Shown one piece after another: positions 35,405 to 46,569 of a DNA stretch of 64,000 bases (its first letter is position 1; each line of letters opens with the position of its first letter). The position numbers and the translations under genes were made by a program. The DNA is taken from assembly GCA_043228905.1 (NCBI GenBank), contig JBHGNT010000007.1, positions 10,354,001 through 10,418,000 on the forward strand, given 5' to 3'. Below the pieces are notes generated by a model. It saw only the letters and a list, made by a program, of their open reading frames with translations. It was not told the DNA's origin and made no database searches. Origin of the DNA: Azolla caroliniana (lineage: Eukaryota; Plantae; Polypodiophyta).

Positions 35405-37169
35405 TGTTGAGAAGCCAAGCTCAACAAGAAGCCAGCCCGATCGAATGGTTGAAAGTCGGATCGGCTAGAAGCCGCCAGGGCCGAAAGGTCGTAGAGTCGT
35501 TAGGACCTAGTTTTCTTAGCATAGTCTTAGGAATATTTTAGGAGAGTCAGATGTTAGAGCTCATGAATGAGCATTTAAGTATTGTGTCAGTACTGTTTGT
35601 ATATATGGTGCTATATGAGAACATTGTATTGTCGACTCTTTTTGAATATAGTTATCTTTGTTGTTCTGTGTATACTCTCTCTCTCTCTCTCTCTTGCTCT
35701 CTTTGAATCTCCATCTCAATGGTAACCTAGCTATCGAGCAAGAGAGCTTAGACGAATCCTCTACAACTGACAAAGTTTCTAACACAAACCAAGAAAACAC
35801 CTTCCAGACAAAAGAAGACAAGAGCATGGATAGAGGAATGGGTGGTTCTCTTTTGATGGAGAAGTTGGATAGAAGTGTTGAGTCGACAAGCTCAACATGG
35901 GTTGATCAACTGAATAAGCTGGAAGCCGGACCAGACATAGGTTGATCGGCTCGGCTTGAATCAACTAAATAAGCCGTAAGCCCAATCAATTGGTCGAGTA
36001 AGATGGAATCCGACGAACTGTTAGGGAGCCTAGATGCCTATTTGAGTAAATAGGCCTGTTATAGGCTAATTAGTGTGAGGCTCAATTAATGAGCATTAAA
36101 GTACGTGTCAGTACTTTTGTCAGTCTGTTTGAAGGACTTGTATAAAAAGTGATTTGTGAGCACATTTGAATGTACTTAATCATTCTGTAATAGATTTTTT
36201 TGTTGTAACTGTCTGCTTACTTAGTCTCTCTCTCTCTCTCTCCCATATTCTCTGTGTATACCTAATTGTTTGTTGCTATTCGGTTGAGCCGCCTGTGTCT
36301 TTTGTTCGTAAGATTCCACACACACTATTCTTTTACAAGAAGCAACTATACATATTGGGATTACAAGATGCACCAGTACTTGCTCGGGCATGGCTACTAG
36401 AGTTACATCCATGGAGAAAACGAAGTAGTGCCAGAATTGGCACACAAGGATTTTCCAACCTAGGAGTAGGCAACAAGCAGAGTCTTGTATTGTCTTGCAT
36501 CTGGTGTGCATGACCAGATGTTGGGCTACATTTGAAATACAAAGACGCCGAAGGAGGCCTGGGAAAATCTGAAGAAGATTTTCGCCATGAGTACCATGGC
36601 CCACAATTTGTAGCTTCATCAAGAGCTCAACAATATCCGACAAAGGGATATGGCAGTGAATGACTACACCACCATGATCATGGAGATTTGTGATACCTTG
36701 GGGTCCATCAATGTGATGTGGGACGAGGAAGAGATGGTATAGATCTGCCTTGGTGGTCTAGTGCAAAGGTATGGGCTGGTTAGAACGACAATCTACACAA
36801 GGGAGAAGCCGTTGACCTTCTTCCACTTGCAATCGATGCTTCTGGTCGAAGAAAACCATGCAGGTGCATCAAGGAGCATGCACTTTGACGACCGAATGCT
36901 ATACGCGGAGGCAGATTGACCTCGTGGGTGCGGGCAGAGAGGCAGTTCTACACACGCGAACGGTGATCGAAACAAGCAGAGACAAAACAGAAGAGAAGAA
37001 AGCAGTCAAGAACCCTCCACAAGTAGGGGGAGTCAAGGTGGTGTCGGAAGCCGGCAAACAAAGTTGACGGACTCCTGGTACTGTGGTAAAAAGGGCCATG
37101 GGAAAGCGAGTCCTAGAAGAAGAAGGCTAAATCAAGCAGAGCCGAACTAGGAAATCAGTAAAAATCGCA
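35405..37169 (+). mobile_element. Decayed copia LTR plus gag
   Basis: Starts TGTTGAGAAGCCAAGCTCAAC; gag MGGSLLMEKLDRS|NYTYWDYKMHQYLLGHG is split by a solo LTR. Confidence 0.8.
35876..36337 (+). mobile_element. Solo LTR (462 bp) with 5-bp TSD AGAAG
   Basis: TGTTGAG...TTTTACA termini; AGAAG at 35871-35875 and 36338-36342; the gag frame rejoins across it. Confidence 0.88.
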
Positions 37170-40100
37170 CTATGACACATAACTTATGAGCTTTCACATT
37201 CCCCATGCTCCATGAGGCTTGTAGTTAATGAAGAGAGAGGGTGACTACATAAAGCACCCTCCTCCCACCTTGTATAGTGTTGTGTATTTCTCCTTTGTCA
37301 ATATACTTTTACCTTGCATATTCTCTGTGTTTCACTCTCTCACACTCTCTCTCTAATACACACATACACAGAGAGTTCACACCTATTCCGCTTCACAATA
37401 ATCCATCTCTTGATTCTTTACATGGTATCAGAGCGATTTGGTAGCTCGATCTAGCACATTCGCCTCATCGTGATTGTGTGTTGTGCTCTACGCCGACGAC
37501 CAAGAACCGGCTCATAGCTATCGTAGCTTTGCAACATAGCTCGCATTTGAAGAGAGAAGAAGAAGAAGAAGAATCGACATAATGAATACTCAAATGGGGA
37601 GCGCTCTCCCTACCGAGAAGTTGGATCGAAACAACTTCGCATCTTGGGAGTACAAGATGCACCAATACCTTGTCGGACAAGCCTATTGGAGCTACATCAA
37701 AGGAGCGCATGAAGACCGACCCACCGAAGCGGCTCCTGGATACGCAACATGGGAGCAAGCCGCAAGCCGCATGATGTATTGTTTGGCGACATGTGTTCAC
37801 GACCATATGCTCGGTTACATTCGAGAAGCCAAGACGCCGAAGGAAGCGTGGGAAAATCTACGAAAGATTTTCGCCACCAACACGACCGCGAGGAAGCTTC
37901 AACTCCGCCAAGAGTTGAACAACATTCAACAAAGGGACATGTCCATCACAACATACACCTTGAAGATCAAGGAGCTTTGCGACTCGCCCGGCTCAATAAG
38001 CGTAAGTATAGATGATGATGAGGTGGTGCAAATATGCCTCGGCGGCCTCGCACCACGGTTCGGCGCGATGCGAACCGCCGTTCTAGCACGGGAGAAATCT
38101 CCCTCCTTCTTCGAGCTCCAATCAATGCTATTGGTCGAAGAAAACCACGTGCGTACAAGGAGCAATGAGTCGGAAGGCCACATGCTCTACATGCACTCTA
38201 ATGGAGGAAGAGGACGCGGATGAGCGAGAGGCCGATTCGGCCAAGGACAAGGTGGACGAGGTCCGACCTACGACAACAACTCCCAATTTCGGCCACAAAA
38301 CGGAGGCCAACGAGGAACCTTCGCAAGAAGGGGGAGCTTCCACTCCGGCCTGAGCCTTTAAAACGCAACCGAATGCGGATATTGCGGAAAGCTTGGCCAC
38401 CACGAAGAAGAGTGCCAAAAGAAGATGCGTGAATCGGCTTCCACAAGCCGACAACTCATGAATTACTCTCACAACTCCAACTACGAAGATCGTGGCGGAA
38501 TGTATGCACACAACTCTGACTGTGGCGAAATGTACGGGCACAATTCCGACTACGAAGATCGTGGCGGAATGTATGTGCACAACTCCGACCGTGGCGGAAT
38601 GTTCATGATGAAACATAGAGCAAACTCTATGTCGGCCGCTACCTCAACTAGTGCCTCCGGTCCGGAAGACGTATGGTTCGTCGATTCCGGTGCATCGAAC
38701 CATATGACATCGCATCAAGAATGGTTCCGAGAACTTCGAGAGCCGGACCGACCCGACTATGTCGAAACCGGAGACGACACTATGCACCCGATTCGGCACA
38801 TCGGCAATGTTCCATTCGGAAAAGAAGGTAAGCAAAATTACATTAAAAATGTCTTGCATGTACCAACCATTACGAAGAATTTGGTCTCTGTCGGCCAAAT
38901 TGTAGAGCAAGGGATGCAAGTTCGATTTAATCAAGGTGGTTGCTCCATCGAAAAAGAGGGCCGACTCATCGCACGCGGAAGAAGAGAGGGCCGGATGTTC
39001 ATTCTCGATTCATGCGAGATGAAATCCGCCATGTTCGCGAAAAACACGAAAGCCGACCCCGACATAGAGCTATGGCACAAGTGAATTGGCCACATCAATC
39101 TCAACAAATTCAAAGCAATGAAATCGAAAGGAGTCGCCATCGGACTCCCGACATTCAAAGAGAAGGAGATTGATGGTGTATGCGAAGCGTGCCAATTCGG
39201 CAAGCAACACTGACACCCATTCCCGAAAGAGCGGAACGTGAGCAAAGGTCTACTCGACGTAGTCCATTTCGACGTATGGGGACCGGCGCAGACGGCTAGA
39301 TTTGGCGGATGCCGATATTACGTGCTCTTCATCGACGACTTCTCTAGGCACACTTGGATCTACTCGATCCGGCAAAAGAGCAAAGTGTTCGGACACTTCC
39401 AAAATTTCAAGAATGAAGTCGAGAAAGTCATGGGCCGCCATGTACAATGCCTTCGATCGGATGGCAGCAAGGAGTACTTCTCGGACGATTTCATGGCGTA
39501 TCTCCGAAAGGAAGGAATTCGGCGAGCATTCACTTGCCGACACACTCCGCAACAAAACGGAGTAGCCGAGCGCAAAAATCGGCACATCCTCGAAGTAGCG
39601 CGGACCATGATGAACGAGAAGCATATGCCCAAGTCATATTGGGCCGAAGTTGCAAATACGGCCGTTTACCTAATGAACCGGTGCACAACATCCGGCGTGC
39701 ACGAGGTCACTCCGCATGAAAAATACTTCGGAAAGAAGCCGGACTTATCGCACATCTAGATATTCGGCACGATAGCGTACGTACACATCCCCAACGAGAA
39801 GCGTCAAAAGCTTGACCCGAAGTCGGAGAAATGTATCCTCGTAGGATACTCATTGGAGCAAAAGGGGTACAAGTGCTACAACCCCTCAACTTGAAAATCT
39901 CGAGTAAGTCGAGACGTCGTTTTTGACGAGTTCGTATCCTGGTACGCACCAGAGAAAACTTCGCCTCCGACTCCGCTCGACCCGGAATCTGCCGAACAAG
40001 AGATCGAGGATGAAGATCGCCCTACGCGCATGATCGAAGAAAGTCTGATCACGACCCGACTGAGCGGACCACAAGAGCCTTTGAGCGATCAAAGCACATC

Positions 40101-42583
40101 ACAGCCTAGCCCGAAGATGGACAAAGGCAAGGCGAAAATGGCCGAATATGAAGACGATTGCTTCAACGACGATGAATCGACTCACTCACTTGACAGTGAG
40201 TTCAGCGGTTTCGAGGTACCAATCGGAGCCAAGAAAGCCCTCATCTCTGCAAATGAAAAGCTCCGCCGATCCACTCGTGAAAAGAACCCCGTAAGCCGAT
40301 TCGGCTACAACGATTATATGGCGTACCATTACGCCTTTATGATGAAGGTAGCGACAGTACGCGAGCCAGAAACCTTTTCGGAAGCCGCGAAGGACCTGCA
40401 CTGAATCGAAGCAATGAACGAGGAGATGCAGGCACTACGGAAGAACGAGACGTGGGATCTCGTTCCCACCTCACCACACAAAAAGGCGATTGGATGCAGA
40501 TGGATCTACAAGGTGAAGTATAACGCTAATGGCTCTGTGAACCGCTACAAAGCTCGACTCGTAGCGAAAGGATACGCTCAGACACATGGCGTCGACTACG
40601 AAGAGACCTTTGCCCCGGTGGCAAAGATGACGATGGTGCGGACCGTAATTGCGATTGCCACGGCGAAAGGGTGGCACCTCTATCAAATGGACGTCAAGAA
40701 CGCCTTTCTACAAGGTGAATTAGAAGAAGAGGTGTACATGATCCGACCACCCGGCTTCAACTTGAGCACTCATCCAAAAGCCGTATGCCGACTCAAGAAG
40801 CCACTCTACGGCCTCAAGCAAGCACTGCGTGCTTGGCATTCGAAGATAACGTAATATCTTCATCAAATCAGCTTCCGTATGTCAAAATCGGACAACTCCC
40901 TCTACATACGAAGCGATTCTGCAAGTCCGATCGTCATCATCTTATATGTGGATGACCTAGTCATTGGAGGTGAGCATCTCGTCGAAATCACTAAGGTCAA
41001 ATCCCTCCTTTCCGACAAGTTCGAGATGACAGACATGAAGGAGCTCCACTACTTCCTCGGCATCGAGGTAATTCGGACTCCGGCCGGAATCATGATCTCT
41101 CAACGGCACTACATCCTCAACTTGTTATACAAGTTCGGGATGGCTGAGTGCAAATCCGTGGCAACCCCGCTCGATCGTTATCTCAAACTAGATGCGAACT
41201 CCGGCACCAAAGTATGTGAGCCGACTCAGTATGGGCAACTCATCGGGAGTCTCATCTACATCACGATCACATGACCCGATCTCAGTTATCCGGTCGGTCT
41301 CCTTAGCCAATTCATGCAAACACTGCGTGATACTCACTTGGATTGTGCTAAGCGAGTTCTACGCTACATGAGCGGCACAATGGATTGCGGCATCCTCTAC
41401 AAGACCGCGATGCTAATACGACTCAAGGGGTACACAGACGCCGATTGGGCCGGCTACAAAGCTGATAGAAGATCAACCTCCGGATTTGTTTTCTCCCTTG
41501 GCAGCGGAGCAATATCCTGGAGTAGCAAGAAGCAACCCACCGTCGCTCTTTCGAGTATGGAGGCGGAATACAGGGGCGCAGCCGTAGCTGCGTGTGAAGC
41601 CGTATGGCTCAAGAGGATTTTGAAGGATCTGGGCGTACCCATCAAGGATCTGACTTCCCTTTACTGCGACAACATGAGCAGTATCTATCTGGCTTGGAAC
41701 CCGGTGTTCCACGCGCGGACAAAGCACATCGAAGTGCACTATCACTTCATCCGAGAGCGTGTTCTGGCTGGCGATGTCGACCTACAGCACATTAACACCA
41801 ATCTTCAAACGGCCGACATCTTCACTAAAGCCTTAGGAGCCGACAAGCTATGGCAATTCATGACCGATCTCGGATTGACGATCCCTGACCTACCAAGCTT
41901 GAGGGGGAGTACTGAAGACACTACGCAATAACGCGTGGATTCCGCAACCACGCAACGAAGTAGCGAAGAGCCGATCTACCGCGCAAAGCCGCGAAGAAAG
42001 ACGCAAGCCAAAGCATAGACTTCGCAACTACGCATGCAAGCCGAAGCACAGACTTCGCACAACGCAAGTTGGAGCACAGATTCCGCAACTCCGCATAAAG
42101 CGAGCCGACGCAAGTCGACGCGGACTCCGGAACGCGAGTTGAAGCGGATTTCGGATACCGTATGAAACCGACCTGACTTGAGCTTCAGGGGGCGTGTTGA
42201 GAATCAAGCTCAACTTGGTCTAGTGTGTGAACTCACCTTGAGAGTGGAGACACTCCAACGGTCAAGAGTCACCATTATGTCACCACTTTGTATTCTAGCA
42301 TTTAGTATGAGTCATAGAATCATATTCTATGACACATAACTTATGAGCTTTCACATTCCCCATGCTCCATGAGGCTTGTAGTTAATGAAGAGAGAGGGTG
42401 ACTACATAAAGCACCCTCCTCCCACCTTGTATAGTGTTGTGTCTTACTCCTTTGTCAATATACTTTTACCTTGCGTATTCTCTGTGTTTCACTCTCTCAC
42501 TCTCTCTCTCTCATACACACACACACACACACAGAGTTCACACCTATTCCGCTTCACAAGAATCCCTCTCTTGATTCTTTACA
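37170..42583 (+). mobile_element. Near-complete Ty1/copia retrotransposon (5' LTR truncated; gag-pol has several stops)
   Basis: 5' LTR remnant 37170-37422, PBS TGGTATCAGAGC 37423-37434, gag from 37582, PR VDSGAS, INT, RT YVDD, RNase H to 41931, PPT, 3' LTR 42195-42583. Confidence 0.95.
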
Positions 42584-42833
42584 CTGTACATACAATGTGC
42601 TCAACAACACTATTTATACAAGTCCTAAGAGGACTGACAGAAGTACAATGTACTTCAATGCTCACACGAGCGTCTGACACTAACTACGAGACATTAACTA
42701 CCTAGTAGTCTAGGCTGCTACTAGGCTTCCGGTTATTGTTGGATCCGGCTAACCAGCTCCCTAGCTCACCGGCTCACCAATCCGGCTCAGGCTTATTCAG
42801 CCGATCCGGATTCGGTTGAGCTTGCCGCTCAAC
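42584..42833 (-). mobile_element. Partial copia LTR
   Basis: Plus strand ends GTTGAGCTTGCCGCTCAACA; shares the TTTATACAAGTCC..GACTGAC block with other LTRs. Confidence 0.7.
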
Positions 42834-43014
42834 ATGGTTTTATGAGAAATGTTTTGCATGTGTTGACAATCACCAAGACCTTGGTGTCGGTCGGACAAAT
42901 TGTCGACCAATCCATGCAAATCTAATTCACTCATCACGAATGTTTCATCGAAGACGAAGGCCGCATAATCACGCATGGGTGTAGAGAAGGGAGGATGTTC
43001 ATCCTTGACACAAA

Positions 43015-43507
43015 TAACAATTGGCAACGGTTCGGTTCAGTTTGAAAGGGTCAAAACCGAACCGATTAAAATTTTTTAAACCTGAATTGAACCACAAAAC
43101 CATTAAATCGAACCGTTAAACACTTTTCAAACCATTAAACCGTTGAAACTGTGGTTTCGTGGTTCGGTTTCAGTTTCAGTTTTCAACTTAGGTCAAATTT
43201 TGAATTTTAAAATTTTAAAATTGATAATATTTCATTATTTTAAATTTTTTTAAATTTAAAGATGTTCCTAAAATGTGAGAATAAGGTCTAAAAATAAAAA
43301 GATTGTTTAAAAACATTTTTTAAAAATTTTAAAAATAAAAAATAACAAACAAAAAAATCACCGCTAAACCGTTTCAATCGCGGTTTCTGATAGTTGAAAC
43401 CGAACTGAACTAGTTTAAAAAACCTAAACCTAAACCAAACCATTGAAACTATTAAACCACGATTTTGCGGTTTGGTTTGGTTCGAACCGAACCGTTGCCG
43501 ATTGTTA
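43015..43507. mobile_element. hAT-type MITE, 493 bp
   Basis: TIR TAACAATTGGCAACGGTTCGGTTC (one mismatch); 8-bp TSD GACACAAA at 43007-43014 and 43508-43515; subterminal AACCG repeats. Confidence 0.92.
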
Positions 43508-43684
43508 GACACAAATGATGTTGGCACCGCTATGTTTACGTAAGGACAGAAGGTTAAATCAGATATTGACCTATGGCACAAGTGGATCAGCCACATCAAC
43601 TTCCCAAAGCTTCACGACATGCAAACAAAGCAGATAGTTTTCGGATAGCCGAAATTCAGTGGCCGGAAGGCCCAGGTCTGTGAA

Positions 43685-44426
43685 ATTTCTATGTGTCAAC
43701 TCCGGTGTTGCATTGTTGGCTCCTTCGATATAGCTCCAGTACTCGTGCCCGAGCAGGTACTGGTGCATCTTGTACGACCAAGATGCATAGTTGCTCCTAT
43801 CGAGCTTTTTCGTTAGAAGCAAGCTGCCCATTCCTCTATTTATGTTTTTGCTTGTCTTGTTTGGAGATTCAAAAGCTTATATGTGCTAAAGTGCTCGTCG
43901 GATGCAGATGATCTTCAACCTCGCTCTGGTAGCATGTAAAGAATTACCTGCGGAAGCTCGTACACAAGACATTGCCAGTTCGTCCGGACAACAACACACA
44001 ATTAGGTAAACACACAGAATGGAAAAAATACAGCGAGAGAGGGACATTTCATCTCAATTCTATTGTGACACAAAGGCTAATACCAACATCTAATCAAACA
44101 AACCGAGTGAACGTAGACAACAAAACTCAATTTCAAAAGACTCTGTACAAGATGATGTGGTCATTGAGCACCTTTTATACAAGTCCTCCAAAGGACTGAC
44201 AAAAGTACTGACAAGTACTTTAATGCTCACATAATAGCATCTGATATTGATTGTACCTAAAATATTCCTATTACTAAAGATAGGAATATAGGCCTTAATG
44301 GACCGTCGGCTCTACTGGACGATCTAGTTGTCAATTTCTTCAGCCGAGCAGGTATTCAGCCTCCAACTGATCCAACTATCAGCTTCTTCAGCCGATTCGG
44401 TTTCATGTTGTGCTTGTCTCTCAACA
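43685..44426 (-). mobile_element. Truncated copia: LTR 43935-44426, degenerate PBS, gag N-terminus
   Basis: MGSLLLTKKLDRSNYASWSYKMHQYLLG; PBS-like TGCTACCAGAGC; TGTTGAG..TTTACA termini. Confidence 0.82.
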
Positions 44427-44679
44427 AAGCAACACTGGCTTCCTTTCCCTAATGAGTGTAATCAGAGCCATAACAAGCTCGACTTAATCCATTCAGAGGT
44501 GTGGGGACCAACGTAGAACGTCAACATCGGTGGGAGCTAATATTTTGTCTCCTTCATCGATGACTTCGCTCGACACACCTGGTCCTGCATAATCGAAAAG
44601 AGATGCAAAGTCTTCTTTTGTTTCTTGAAGCTTAAGAGCCTGATTGAACGAGAGTCGGGCAAAAAGATCAAGTTCCTAA

Positions 44680-46464
44680 TGTCACATTCTAGACTCGAAC
44701 CTCTAACTTTTAACACACACAATACATTATGTTATGTTAACCATATGGACACTCTTGTGAACTATCCACATTTGATTGTGAACTTGTATATATTGTAGAG
44801 TCTAGTGTATAGTACATTCAAGAATATTCTAGTTGTTAGTATATTCTAGAATTATTCTGTGGTATAATCTAAATAGGTATATTCTCGAGATATTTCTCGA
44901 GTATATTCTAGAGATATTCAATCTTGGAAATTGTATAAATACTTGTAACATCATTGGTCCCTTTCAAGGGATTCAACACCAGTCATTGACACATCAATCT
45001 ACTTGTAACATCATTAGTCCCTCATCTTTGCCTCCTTGATCTTGATTTTTGGCTTCATGCCCTCATGTCGCTCACATCATCTAGAGTTCCTAGCCTTGTC
45101 ACATCTAGCTCCAAGTTCATCCGTCGCTCGTAGCCCCATCATCTGTGCTCCATCCTAGTCCGCGCTTGGTGTGTCCATGACAGTTTGAATCCCTTCCAAG
45201 TGGAAGCATCACCCATCTTCATCATCGCCCTTGCTTCTGGAGTTACCATCATCACTATCCTTGCTTACGGAGTTACCGTCATCAACATCCTTGTCTTCGA
45301 CATCATCATTTTCAGCACCTCTTTGCCCAACCATCATAGTCATCAACACTACTTGTCATCATTTTGCATCACGGTTTTGGTGAGGAGTGCTTTTGATCGC
45401 TCACCTTCCTGGTGGGGATTGGAACAACTGCTCAATTCCTGGTGGGGATTGGAACATCGTTTTCTTGCACTCCATTTTCATTTTAGTTCAAGTCTCACGC
45501 CACTTTCCATTGGCGATGACCGATTTCGATCGCTCACCTTCTAGTTCTGGTGGGGGTCACAACCACTCACTTTCCTGGTGGTGATCGGATCGTCACTCGC
45601 TTGCACTCCATTTTCATTTCCATTCAAGTTTCACTCCACTTTCCTTTGGCGAGGATCGCTTTGATCTCTCACCTTCCTAGTTCCCATGGGGGTTACAACT
45701 GCTCACTTTCCTGGTGGGGATCGAATCGTTGCTCACTCACACTCCATTTTTCATTCGGTCTACATTTCCGTCCACTCTCTTTTGACGGAGATCGATTGCG
45801 ATCACGCACCTTCTGGTTTCGGAGGGGGTCACAACCACTCACTTTCCTAGTGGGAATTGCGTTGGTTTCTCGTTGGCACTGCCATTTGTGCCGTGTTTTG
45901 GGTCAACCTCGACTATTTACCCTCTCATAATAGAGGAAGTCGAATCGACCGCTTCACTTGCACTCCTTCGTCTGTTAGTGTTCCAATTTCCAGTGAGGGC
46001 CGCATGGTCGCTCACTCCCGTTCATGTTCCAATCTCTGGTGAGGACCGCACATGGTGGCTTCCTCCAACTATTGTTCGTGTTCCAGATCCCGGCGAAGAC
46101 CGACATGGTTGCTCATGCCCGTTGTTGTTCATGTTCCAATTCCTGGTGAGGATCACACATGGTCGCTCACACCCATTGATATTCGTGTTCTAGTCCTGAG
46201 CGAGGACCACAAATGGTCGCTCCTGCCCGTTGGTATTCAATACATGGTGTTGTGGAAGGGTTACTCCTTTTCTATGATTTACAAAATACCTTGGAGGTGG
46301 TTTAAGATTTTCATAAACAATATCCCCTTAAGTCGATGACCGGTTTGGGAAGGCGGCGTAAGAGGGAGGATAATGTCACAATCTAGACTCGAACCTCTGA
46401 CTTTTAACACACACAATACATTGTGTTGTGTTAAAGGTCAGAGGTTCGAGTCTAGATTGTGACA
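44680..46464 (+). mobile_element. Non-autonomous, self-priming-type LTR element with fold-back 3' end
   Basis: TSD CCTAA (44675-44679 and 46465-46469); termini TGTCACA...TGTGACA; 5' LTR 44680-45182; PPT AAGAGGGAGGA 46360-46370; hairpin 46374-46464; non-coding repetitive interior. Confidence 0.85.
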
Positions 46465-46569
46465 CCTAAGGTATAATGGTGGAAGGAATACTTTTCTAGC
46501 CAATTCACAATTTATCTACAAAAGGAAGGAATTCGGAGAGAGTTCACCTACAGATACAAAACGCTTTAG

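Larger units (their letters stand above)
42834..46560 (+). mobile_element. Decayed host copia pol (PR to INT) fragmented by three insertions
   Basis: VLHV..LVSVGQIV, LWHKWISHINF, KQHWLPFP, IHSEVWGP, FIDDF, KKIKFL|R segments are colinear across the inserts. Confidence 0.8.

Noticed and set aside
35185-42833. LTR halves at 35185 and 42584 as one LTR split by nested insertions
   Set aside because: The flanking 5-mers (AGCAT versus CTGTA) do not form a TSD.
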